Shown here one piece after another: positions 38,524 through 50,472 of a stretch of 64,000 bases of DNA (its first letter is position 1; every line of letters starts with the position of its first letter). A model generated the notes under the pieces. The model saw nothing but the letters and a program-made list of their open reading frames with translations. It had not been told where the DNA came from and made no database searches. The DNA is from Octopus vulgaris (lineage: Eukaryota), in NCBI GenBank assembly GCA_951406725.2, contig OX597829.1:19468001-19532000 (forward strand), written 5' to 3'. Both the position numbers and the translations under genes were made by a program.

Positions 38524-40363
38524 GCAGTTATTCATCGATATGCAAACTAGACACCTCATGACAAACCTTGCACTGCTTCTATGCACAAAAATTTGAAAAA
38601 ATTTTAATGAGGACATGATAATCTTGTGTATTTATTTCACACAAAAAAAAAATACAACGCAGAAGGTGAAGATGACTTGAAGGATAGTCTTTCAAAAATG
38701 AATATTTCAATATGAAAAACAAGAGCAACAAAGGAAAAAAAATAAGCAAGGTTTTATTTTCATCAACCTACCTACATTTTTTTTTTATGCTAAACAATTA
38801 ACTTGTGTGGGTACATGTATACCTTGAAAAGATAGGGAAGAAAAACAAGTTTTCACAAGTTTGTATGTTTATGTGGGAAAAGAAAAGACAATTTTTCTAT
38901 GAACAGTCATCATCATAAAGACATTATTAATTTGCTTAGCTAGAAAATCAAGCATTTCTTTAGATAATATCTTGACCTCACTAATGCTTTTCAGAGCATA
39001 AGATGGTGAACTTATGACTATAAAAATGATAATAGTAATATCATTACTATTATAGAACTGTTGTGTCATCACATTCTTGGCAATAAACCTCTAATTCACT
39101 CTCATGCCATAATGAACTGCAATTACACTTCCCCGAGTGGAGAGATGGAGGGGGTGGTGAGAGAGAGAGAGAGAGAGAACTTTATTTCTTTTCTTTATTT
39201 TTTTATCTTTTACTAGTGGCCCAGCTGGGGCAGCACCATGCAGAATTTTTAGTTAAATGAATCAACCCCAGGAATTTTTTCTTCTAAAGCCTGATGCTTA
39301 TTCTATTTGTTTGTTTTGCCAAATCGCTAAGTTACAGGGACATAACAACACCAACACCATTAAGTCAAGCAGTGTTGGGGTACAAACTCAGATGCACACA
39401 CATAAACATATACATATGAATATATACGACAGGCTTCTTTCAGTTTCCATCTACCAAATCCACTTGCAAGGCTTTGGTGAGCCTAAGTCTATAGCTGAAA
39501 ATACTTAACCAAGGTGCCAGCCACGTGGGTTAATTAACCACCCACACAAAGGTGCTTCCTACATGGTTGCTCAACCTGCTAGAAATAGCAGCCAAATGTC
39601 ATTCCAACTAAAACCCTGGATCTTCAAAACAAAAATAATGGATACATTGGATAATGAAATTAGAGATAGACATTGAGCAATAAAAAAAATGAAGACAAAA
39701 AAGACTGACAAGATGATCAGGGCTGTCCTGCCATTGGTTATAGATCTCTCTGCACATTCAAAGCCAAACCTGAAAACTAAACAACTGTGTGTTTGTCATA
39801 AAGTGATTGACTGAGATTTTGTTGTTTTCTTTGTTTGGTGTTCTCAATATTTGACACAAGGCTTTTATTGTTTAATACAAGTCTACTATTGTACTGATAC
39901 CTATTGCTAACTTCTCTTTACTTCACAGCTGACTGCTCAGCAGATGTTAAAAACTCATTGAAATTACCACTTATCCCACCCACCCCTACTCTTTATTCTT
40001 TACTCTCTTTTACTTGTTTCAGTCATTTGACTGTGGCCATGCTGGAGCACCGCCTTTAGTCGAGCAAATTGACCCTGGGACTTATTCTTTGTAAGCCCAG
40101 TATTTATTCTATCGGTCTCTTTTGCCGAACTGCTAAGTGACAGGGACGTAAACACACCAGCATCGGTTGTCAAGCAATGCTAGGGGGACAAACACAGACA
40201 CACAAACACATACATATACGACAGGTTTCTTTCAGTTTCCGTCTACCAAATCCACTCACAAGGCATTGGTCGGCCCAGAAGACACTTGCCCAAGATGCCA
40301 CTCAGTAGGACTGAACCCGGAACCATGTGGTTGGTTAGCAAGCTACTTACCACACAGCCACTC

Positions 40364-40411
<48 letters not shown>

Positions 40412-40729
40412 GATGGGCTTCTTTCAATTTCCATCTACCAAATCCACTCCCAAAGCTTTGGTCGGCCCGAGGCTATAGTAGAAGACACTTGCCCAAGGTG
40501 CCACGCAGTGGGACTGAACCCGGAACCATGTGGTTGGTAAGCAAGCTACTTACCACACACCCATATTTTTTTTTTTCTGTAAATCATCTATTTTCTATGT
40601 TGACATGGGTTAGACAGTTTGACAGAAGCTGGCAGACACAGAGAGCTGCACAAGGCTCTGATTGTCTATTTTGGCATGGTTTCTACAACTGCATACCCCT
40701 CTTAACACCAACCACTTTACAAAATGTGA

Positions 40730-41665
40730 TTATAAAGATAAAAAGCTTTGATAAGACACCTGAACTCAATTATTAACCTTCAAGTTTGTTTCTTACGTAA
40801 GCTTCAAGTTTGATATAGTTATGAGCATTTTAAAATAAAATAAAATGGAAAAGCAGTTCAAAGTAAATTTAAAATGCTGACCTCACAAATTGGCGTGGCA
40901 CCTGTTTTACAACTATTACAATTATAATAAAAGCTTTTGATATGACAACTAAATTCAATTATTAACCTTCAAGTTTGATATAGTTATGGGTATTTTAACG
41001 CTTTGTAGTGGTGCATGGCTTAGTGGTTCGGGTTTTGGACTCATGATTGTAAGATTGTAGTTTCAATTCCTGGACTGGGCAATCCATTGTGTTCTTGAGC
41101 AAAACACTTCATTTCACATTGTTCCAGTCCACTCAGCTGGCAAAAATGAGTAATTCTGTGGTGGACTAGCATCGCATCCAGGTGCGGAATACATATGCCA
41201 TGAAACAGGGAAACTGGCCCTCATGAGCCTGGCATGGCTCAAAAAGGAAACCTTTATTTTCATTTTAACCCTTTAGAATTCGAATTATTCTGTCAGATAT
41301 AATCCTTATTTATTCCTATTGTTTTGAATTAATCATGCATTACCTCGTAACTTTGAGATTTCAATGATGTGCTTGTTTATTTTTAGTATGACATTGTAGG
41401 GTAGGTGTAAGAGGTGGTATATGGTCAGTCTGTACATAAAGCAAGTATAATATTTGGGCTAGATATGGCCAGTTTAAATGCTAAAAGGTTAAAATAAAAT
41501 GGAAAAGCAGTCAAAATGAATTTAAAATGCTGACCTCCCAAATTTGTTTGGTACCTTTTTTTTTACAACTATCAAGATTATTATGAAGTCTGTGGTAAGA
41601 CAACTCAAATTCAATTATTAGTTTGTTTCTTAATCAGCTTCAAGTTTGATATCGTTATGGGTATT
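40730..41665. repeat. ~165-bp tandem repeat interrupted by a nested SINE D and TTAA MITE
   Basis: cttcaagtttgatatagttatg at ~40802, ~40967 and ~41638; aaaataaaatggaaaagcag...aaaatgctgacctc at ~40836 and ~41491. Confidence 0.7.
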
Positions 41666-44600
41666 TGTTTGCTCAAGATTTACAGACACACAGACAGACA
41701 ACTCCTCCCAACCTGTCATTCTCTCCATCAGAAAATTCAGTGAACCAGTGATTGGCTCGCTTAAAACCTGTAACCACTGATACTATTGTTACACAAAAAT
41801 GCTATAAAATAAAATACAAATAGGAAGTTTACTGTGTCCATGTTTTTGTTATTGTTGTTTCGCATCAAATCAAATCAAATCCCATTTAGAATACTTATGA
41901 TCAAAGGCATTCCATCCATAACTTCCTTTCTGTTATCTTTTTCTTTTTTTCCTTTTTTTTCCCTTTTTTTTCTAGGTAGTGTGTTCCAGACTACATTATC
42001 AACTGTCCTTGTTTTATTTCTTTTTAGGCTGATAGCATGATGTAAGAGAAACTCAGTTGCTATTTCTAGCATGTTGGGTGACTATTTAACCCTTTAGCAT
42101 TCAGCTTACTCTGTCCAATGTAAAGCTTATTTATTGTTTTGAATTAACCATGCATTATATCATAGCATTGTGGTATGAGAGGCTTGATTTGGTCAGTTGG
42201 AACTTTTAGAGTGGATATTGTTGGTTTAAATGCTAAAGGGATAAAGGCTACACTGAGCTGGTCCATAATGTTTGTGTTGTTATTTCCGATGGCTATGATG
42301 TATTGAAGGTTTTGATTAAGAATTATTTCTGGACTCGACCCACCAAGAATTTACATCTGATGCTGCAACACTCAAAAACATTAAATTTATAAAATAAATT
42401 TTTAAGTTATTTCTTTTAGTAATTTTATGGTATATGTTCTTGAACAATATTATTTATTTACTTATTTTTTCTACTTCCTGGGTCTGGAGGAAGAAGCAGT
42501 TCTTGTGGCTTTTGCATGCCCTCTTAGGCTAATGAGATGAATACCATTAATCCTTTAGGATTTAGGCTGGCTTTATCCACCGCTTGGCCCAGTGGTTAGA
42601 ACGTTGAGCTTACAATCGTGAGGTTGTGAGTTCAAATCCTGGACCGGGCTGTGTGTTGTGCTCTTGAGCATGACACTTTATTTCGCGTTGCTCAAGTTCA
42701 CTCAGCTGTAGAAATGAGTTGCAACATCACAGGTGCCAAGCTGTATCAGCCTTTGCCTTTCTCTTGGATAACATCAGTGGTGTGGAGAGGGGAGGCTGGT
42801 ATGCATTGGTGACTGCTAGTCTTCCATAAAACAACCTTGCTCGGAATTGTGCCTGGAAAGGTAACTTTCTAGGTGCAATCCCATGGTCAGTTATGACCAA
42901 AGGGTGTCTCAGCATCCACCCCAAATATTCTACCTGTTTCATGTCCAAATTGACCAGATCCAGTCTCTCATACCCACTCTGCAATGTCATTCTAAAATTA
43001 AATGATCACGTCACTGAAATCTCAAAGCTATCAGATAATGCATGATTAATTCAAAACAGTTTGAATAAATAAGTATTACATATAACAGAGTAATCTTAAT
43101 GTCAAAGGATTATACATACATATGTACATACATGCATACTTAATTACTTTAAGCATTAATACTGGCCAGCCCAAATATTCTATCTGTTCTATTTTCAAAC
43201 TGACCAGATCTAGCCTCTCACACCTACCCGACTAAGACATTCTCAAAATAAAACTATCACTTAATTGAAACCTCAAAGCTACAAGATGATAGCTTCAAAC
43301 CAATGTGAATAAATAAACATTATATTTGACAGAGAAACTTGAATGCTAAAGGGTTAATGTACCTGTTAAACATTTGTAAGTCAACACTTGCAGTAAAGAC
43401 ATGACCAGGGAAGGTATTCAAGGGACTTGGTGTTCTGGGAAGGCAGGGCTCTCTTCCTTATAGCCACCTGAGCAAATGTGCCCATCCTAGGTTTTTAAAT
43501 ACACTCTGCACTTAAACCCAAGCTCATATCACCCATTTTTGGCTGTGCTGCTGTCATCACCATGTCTTATAGCCTCCCCTCTTCCTCCTCTGCTTCTGTT
43601 TACATGTTTTAGGCTATTGAATATCGTTTAATGTTTATCATCATCCTTTAATGTTCGCTTTCCATGCTGGCATGGGTTGGATGGTTTGACTGAGGACTGG
43701 TGAGCCAGAAGCTGCAACAGGCTCAATCCGATTTGGCAAAGTTTCTACAACTGGGTGCCCTTCCTAACGCCAACCACTCTGAGAGTGTAGTGAGTGCTTT
43801 TTACGTGCCACCAGCACGAGGGCCAGTTAGGCGGTTCTGGCAACAACCATGCTCAAAGGGTGTTTTTATGTGCTACTTGCACAGGAGCCAGTCCAGCAGC
43901 ACTGGCAACGACCATGCTAGAATGTTGTCTTTCATGTGCCACCAGCATATGTGCTGGCAAGTTGACACTGGCAGTGATCACGCTCGAATGGTGCTTTTCA
44001 CGTGTCACCAGCACAGGAGCCAATTCATGGCCCTGGCAACGATCATGCTCGGATATGCTTCTTTTAATGCTCCACTGGCACAAGTGCCAATCAGGTGGTA
44101 CTGTCATCGGCCACATCAGCAATTTTGATTTGTTTTCACTTGCCTCAATAGGTCTTCGCAAGCAAAGTTCATTGTCCAATGAATGAGGGGTACTCATAAG
44201 TAGGCTGGTTACACCCCACACACATACATATACATATATATATATGTGCTTAAAGCTTTAAGATTTAAATAACTCTTTTTATAAATCCTTTAGATTAACT
44301 CTAATGAAAGAAATATAGATGATTGTTATGGTTGGAATTAACTCACCCATACCAACCTATATCTTCTTGAAACAGCTGTCAGACTTTGTACCTGCTCAAG
44401 ATTACTTTTAAAATCATTTTATACAAACTTTCTCATCTACTTGGATTACCGCTCTACATTCACCATTGGCATATCTTAATATCCTCATTGATTTGATTTT
44501 AATGTGGACATACATTATGCCATACAGGTATGGCTGCATGGTTAAGAAGTTTGCTTCCCAACCACATGGTTTCAGGTTCAGTCCTACTGAACATCAAAAG

Positions 44601-45819
44601 TTCTCAAACTTTTAACGGCGGTGCATCAGCATGGTCGCAGCTCTGAGCTGAAACTAGAAAAAAAAAAAAAAAATACAACCTCACAAATACATTTTTGTAT
44701 TTTTATATATATTTATAAATTTTTATATTATATCTTGTGTCTATGAATGTGCATCTGTATACTGTAGATATTCCAACACTTTGAAATATATTGAGTGAAT
44801 ATGAACACTGACCTTTGAAATTTGTCCTCTCGTGTTTGGTTTTATATATATATATATATATATATATAAATATAATGTACATGTATGTTGTATAATTAGC
44901 TAAGTTTACCCTGGACATACATATGCAAGCATATTATGCTCATAAGTCACAGGTAATGACAAAGATAAATATGAGTTTATCAAGAATCAAATTTGAAGTA
45001 AACAGAAAATGGAGAAATATTGATCAACAACAATTGACTAACATCAATTATTACTTTTTAATACAAGTCTATTTGTATTGAATTAAAAAATATAATTGAT
45101 GTAAGTCAATTGTTGTTGATCAATATTTCCAAGCTTATGAACGGGTCTTTCAGAAAATATTTACTGTGGTCACATTTATTTAAAAATATTTCTAAATGAT
45201 TAAAATATTGTGTTTAATAAAAGTGAAAATAGAAACATTTACTGTAAAAAAAACCATTGGCAAGTTAAAGTCACTAATGTGTCTAATGGAAAGGTTAGTT
45301 TCTTCCCTTTCAGGGTTAAGTTATTTTCAGAGTATTTTACCATTATGCACTGTTTTTGGGTATTTATACCCCCAAAACCTCCAATATCTCAAGAACCACT
45401 GGTCCAATTTATGCAAAACTTGCTTTATTCCGTTTGTATTCACATTTCAGAGGCACTTTACTTTCAAAGTATTTTCCCATTACATGCTGGTTTGGCTGTG
45501 TAACATTGCAAACAAGCAAGATCAAAGTTCATTTTTAATAGTATATAGATACATGTTTGTGCGTCTGTGTTTGTCCTCCAACCACTGCTTGACAACCAAT
45601 GTTGGTGTACTTACACCCATGTAACTTAGCAGTTCAGCAAAAGAGACCATTAGAATAAGTATTAGGCTTACAAAAAATAAGTCCTGGGGTCGATTTGTTC
45701 AACTAAAGGTGGTTCTCCAGCATGGCTGCAGTCAAATGACTGAAAAACAAATAAAAGAAAAAAGTAAATATTTCCATTTCTTGATTTTTTTTTATTCCCT
45801 TTTTTTTTTTCTCTTTTAG

Positions 45820-45894
45820 TGCTGTCGACATTCTACGGCGTGCATCAGAATCGAATCACATGGAACTTGTCATTACAAGGGATGAGCAAGCTAG
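45820..45894 (+). CDS. STXBP4: Exon 5 (YAVDILRRASESNHMELVITRDEQA), end of PDZ
   Basis: Long T-tract + ttttag acceptor, AG|gtgagt donor, 75 nt; PDZ alphaB-betaF. Confidence 0.95.
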
Positions 45895-46612
45895 GTGAGT
45901 ATGTATGTATATATACATATGTACATCATTATTCATCATTTAGCGCCTGTCTTCCATGCATGCATAGGTAGACAACTACCCCAGGCTACTATGTCTGTTT
46001 TGGCAGGGTCTTTACAGACAGACGTCCTTCCTAACACTAACCACCCAGCAGAATGGACTGAGTGCTTTTTATGTTGCACCAGCACAAGCAAGGTCAGTTT
46101 TGGCAGGAGTTTTACAGGTGGATGGCCTTCTAAATACCAACCACTTTACAGTAATATATATATATATATATATAGGCAGGAGTGGCTGTGTGGTAAGTAG
46201 CTTGCTTACCAACCACATGGTTCCGGGTTCAGTCCCACTGCGTTGCATCTTGGGCAAGTGTCTTCTACTATAGCCTCGGGCCGACCAAAGCCTTGTGAGT
46301 GGATTTGGTAGACGGAAACTGGCAAACAAAAGAGATTACATTTCCATGCCATGAGAAGTTAAGAATTTCTAAACATTTTTCTGTAGTTTAATATACTTAT
46401 TTCAAGGTTATTTAATTCCTAACATTTTTTTTTAAATTACATTTCCTAAAATATTTCATTCTGAAATTTTTAATTTTTCATATACAATGATAGAAAATAT
46501 GGCAATTTCAGAATTTAAAATCTGAAAACATTTCCATGTATAATAATTTTTTTTTTTTAAGTTTAATATTATTTTATCAAAAATTAATCGGTTTTGTTTC
46601 TCTTTATCTCAG

Positions 46613-47466
46613 CATTGAATTTGTGGAAGTTTTCGATTCTAATTCAATACACTCTGCTAGTCCACCCTGCAATTTGAATCTCTTCAACAAGTTTGTTCCA
46701 ACCTCGCCTGATTATAATAGTAAATATTCTCGAACGCCTTCACCTAGAACAACTTCCATCACAGAAAACTCCAGGTCAGTTTCACCACAAGCAAATTCAC
46801 CAAAGAATTCTCCTAGGACTCCAACCTCTGCTCGAGCCGCCTCTCCATTTTCCGCCACACCTCGATCACCCTCTCCACAAACAGCCTCCCCAGTAACAAC
46901 CTCTCCAAGAGCTATTTCTCCATTGGTGAATACACCGAAAGCTTCTTCTTCACAAATATCTTCTCAAAGAGTATTCTTTCACCCATCTGTTTCGAGTCCA
47001 ACTTCTCCACCTACTCTGTTTGCTGCTAATTCTCCACAATCTCCTCCTCCACAAAATGCCATACCAAATTTAAATTCTTCATCACCTATCCAATCAATGA
47101 CAAATTCTCCACAGCCTGTTTTATCTGAAACAGATTCTTCTCAACCTAACCAATCAAAACCAAATTCTCCCCAATCTATCCTATCCAAAGGGAATTTATC
47201 TCAGACCACATTATCAGAGACAGCCCAGGAACTCACTGTATCCGAGCCAATATCTTTTCAAACTTCTCCTCCTGTGGCAACTTCTCCTCAGTGTAACTTA
47301 GAAAGACCTAATTCACCTACTGTGCCATTACCAAGACCTTATTCTCCATCTGATATTGGTGCAAATGATATCTTTCCTGTATTTTCCCAAGCGAATAATG
47401 CTCCAGCTACTTCACCACAAATTACATCTGCAGGGGCCACTCCTTCACCTGAAAATCACTCAGATA
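46613..47466 (+). CDS. STXBP4: Exon 6, 854-nt Ser/Thr/Pro-rich low-complexity linker
   Basis: Lies inside ORF 46536-47543; tatctcag acceptor, A|gtaaga donor; phase 2 in, phase 1 out, matching both neighbours. Confidence 0.9.
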
Positions 47467-48172
47467 GTAAGATATATTTTTACCTTTCCTTCGTAATTTT
47501 GATTTTTTTTAATATTTTTTATTTCTCTTTTTTTTTTGTGTAAGGAAAATGGTTAATATTATATATTTAAGAATACATGAGCGAAACATCAGCATGGCAA
47601 AAAAAAAAGTGATTAGTTGTGTTTTTAGGTTAGTATTTTTACCAGTAGACGGTAGCATTTGTATATCCATTCATCATCACTTTCCATGCTGGTATGGGTT
47701 GGACAGTTTGATGGGGAACTGGTGAACTGCAAAGCTGTGTCAAGCTCCAACATCATCTTTAGCTTGGTTTCTATAGCTTGATACCCTTCAACAGAATTAA
47801 ATACATTCAATAACTTTCATATTGAAGCTCAGTACAGTTTTATAGGCCAAACCATTTTAAAAACATTTTATGTAAATACACGAGGTCAAAATTCAATTTC
47901 ATTATAGGCTTTGATGAAAGTATGTTGAAAAGAACACTAGTTGAACCTGCAACATTACAGTTGTATTGGTTGTGTATTTGGTGTAATCTCTGTAGGCGCA
48001 GGAGCGGCTGTGTGGTAAGTAGCTTGCTTACCAACCACATGGTTCCGGGTTCAAGATGCTTGGCATCTTTGGCAAGTGTCTTCTACTATAGCCTCGGGCC
48101 AACCAAAGCCGTGTGAGTGGATTTGGTATAGGGAAGCTGAAAGAAGCCCATTATATATATATATATATATAT

Positions 48173-48555
48173 GTTTTTCAGTGATGAGTACGATGTCGTC
48201 AGCGAAACGGAGGTGAGTGAGGAGCTCGCCATTGATGTTGGCACCACCTTGCCAGTCAATGCCTCTGATGATCTGTTCGAGACATGCAGTGAAAAGTTTT
48301 GGGGAGATTGTTTCTCCTTGCTTCACTCCCTTCTCGACCGGCAAGTATAGATGGGCTGGATAATCGGTGGATGCACGCAGTTGTCGAGTGGTACCCGCGT
48401 GAGCGGAAAAGACCTCTACAACGGTGGAGTTATGATTTCAGGAGGACGATTGGGATCACGTGGATGAGAAAGGCGCGATCCAGAGAGGAGTGGACAGCGT
48501 GCTGTGACCAGCGGTGTCAAATGGACGCCTGACGGACTGGTCGGTCAAGGTGAAG

Positions 48556-48558
<3 letters not shown>
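48173..48558. mobile_element. 5'-inverted RTE LINE insertion in the (TA)n of a family A SINE
   Basis: Minus 48173-48344: RT motifs PVEKGVKQGETISPKLFTACLE...LTHLRFADDIVLI; plus 48345-48532: RWMHAVVEWYPRERKRP...WMRKARSREEW...*; (TA)n on both sides. Confidence 0.88.
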
Positions 48559-48602
<44 letters not shown>

Positions 48603-49719
48603 GTATGTATGTGTATGTTTGTGTGTCTAAGTTTGTCCCCCCCAACATCGCTTGACAACCAATGCTGGTGTGTTTACATCCCCGTCACTTAGCAGTTCGG
48701 CAAAAGAGACCGATAGAATAAGTACTAGGCTTACAAAGAATAAGTCCTGGGGTCGATTTGTTTAACTAAAGGCAGTGCTCCAGCATAGCCACAGTCATAT
48801 GACCGAAACAAATAAGAGAATAAAACCACGTTTCAATCTTTGTAAAAAAGAAGTGAAGAACTATTGAAAGCTACAACAATTGTTGGGTACCATATTATCA
48901 CATAAGGGTAACCTAAGCTATTTTCATGTCTGCCATCTAATCATGAAGTGTTACTATCTATTAGGGAAAAAAACTATTAAGGTTTATGTAGATATACATT
49001 CATATTTAGATGAATTGAACCCTTTTGCATTCAGATTATTCTGTCAAATGTGATGCTTGTTTATGTTGTTCTGAATTAAATCAATCCTGCATTATCTTGT
49101 AGCTTTGAGATTTTGATAATATGATTGTTTACTTTTAGAATGACATTGTAGGGTAGGTGTGAGAGGCTGGCTCTGATCAGTTTGAACATAAAATTGGTAG
49201 ATTATTTGGGCTGGATATGGCTGGTTTAAATGTTAAAAGAATGTGTGAGTGAGTGTGTGTGTGTTTTTATTCATACAAATACACATTGCTTGTTTACTTT
49301 GTATTGCATTATGTTTCCTGTTTCATTTTTTTTTTTTAATGTCTGTTACAATTAAAGAAGTAATTATTCCTTAAATATTATTATTATTGTGATAAATGCA
49401 GTTCCAGATATTATCCTTTGATCCTTTTGAAGAAACAATATACCATCAATTGATATGCCTGGCGTGATATCAGAAGATTTAAGGAACTCAACAGTTTTAT
49501 GGTTAAGCACTTATTGTCACAGTAATTAATTTAATTGAAATTATTTTTAACTGATTTGGTTCATATCAATTTTTGTTTTTTACACTTATCTAAGAATTAA
49601 TCTTTAACCAACATGAATTATTCAGAATTTCTCCCACTTTCCATCTTTCTTTCAGTTTTTCTGCTAACTCCTCCAATTCACATTCATTTGTTTTTAATTT
49701 ATTATGCTATTATCACCAG

Positions 49720-49817
49720 ATCGTAAATGGAATTCCGACTATGACTTCCCAGACACATATCAACAAATTCACAAATATGACAAACCATTTACCTATGGTA
49801 TCACATCCCCTACAGAA
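49720..49817 (+). CDS. STXBP4: Exon 7 (NRKWNSDYDFPDTYQQIHKYDKPFTYGITSPTE)
   Basis: caccag acceptor, GAA|gtaagt donor, 98 nt, open in the required phase (1 in, 0 out). Confidence 0.8.
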
Positions 49818-50011
49818 GTAAGTATAATCACCATTAACATCCTTTGTTCTTGGTTTTGTTAGCTTCAATATTTTTCATGTTATCAGTTACCAATGAAATT
49901 TGCTTGTATTGTGTTGACGTCTACCTCTCAGTTACATTGACTGCTGTTCTCTTGTTTCTTCTGAATATCTGGTTTAGATCTATTAGCAGTTGTTATTATT
50001 ATCATTATTGC

Positions 50012-50472
50012 AATCGAAATCAAATTCGATGACTGGCATCTGTGCCAGTGGAACGCTAAGAGCACCATCCGAGCATGATCGTTGCCAGAGCAGCTAACTG
50101 GCTTCCGTGCTGGTGGCATGTAAAAAGCACCATTTGAGCGTGATCGTTACTAGCATCACTTTACTGACACATGAAAAAAACATTCGAGCGAGGTCGTTGC
50201 CAGTGCCACTGAGTGCCACTGGACTGGCTCCTGTGCAGGTAGCACGTAAAAGACAGCATTTGTGTGTGGTCATTGCCAGTACCACCTGACTAGCCCTCGT
50301 ACCAGCGGCATGTAAAAGCACCCACTACATTCTCAGAGTGGTTGGCGTTAGGAAGTAGAAACTCTGCCAGATCAGATTGGAGCCTGGTGTAGCCATCTGG
50401 TTCACCAGTCCTCAGTCAAATCGTCCAACCCATGCTAGCATGGAAAGCAGACGTTAAACGATGATGATGATA
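50012..50472 (+). mobile_element. SINE family C with internal ~45-bp repeats and a (GAT)n tail; other copies 111-420, 20396-20600, 35782-36030, 43637-44110, 53920-54253, 55795-56085, 61046-61340
   Basis: Shared core cccactacactctcggagtggttggcgttaggaagggcatccagctgtagaaac...ccatgctagcatggaaagcggacgttaaacgatgatgatg. Confidence 0.8.

Noticed and set aside
39576-39591. GCTAGAAATAGC, identical to the Cas9 sgRNA tetraloop junction
   Set aside because: It is part of a genomic repeat hairpin found in many diverged copies; there is no GTTTTAGA repeat, tracrRNA remainder, spacer array or cas gene
43700-44221. Overlapping 120-140 aa ORFs
   Set aside because: They lie entirely within a family C SINE with internal tandem repeats; similar peptides recur in other copies
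46536-47543. 335-aa ORF as a standalone membrane protein with hydrophobic ends
   Set aside because: The hydrophobic ends are translations of intronic T-rich sequence outside the splice sites at 46613 and 47466
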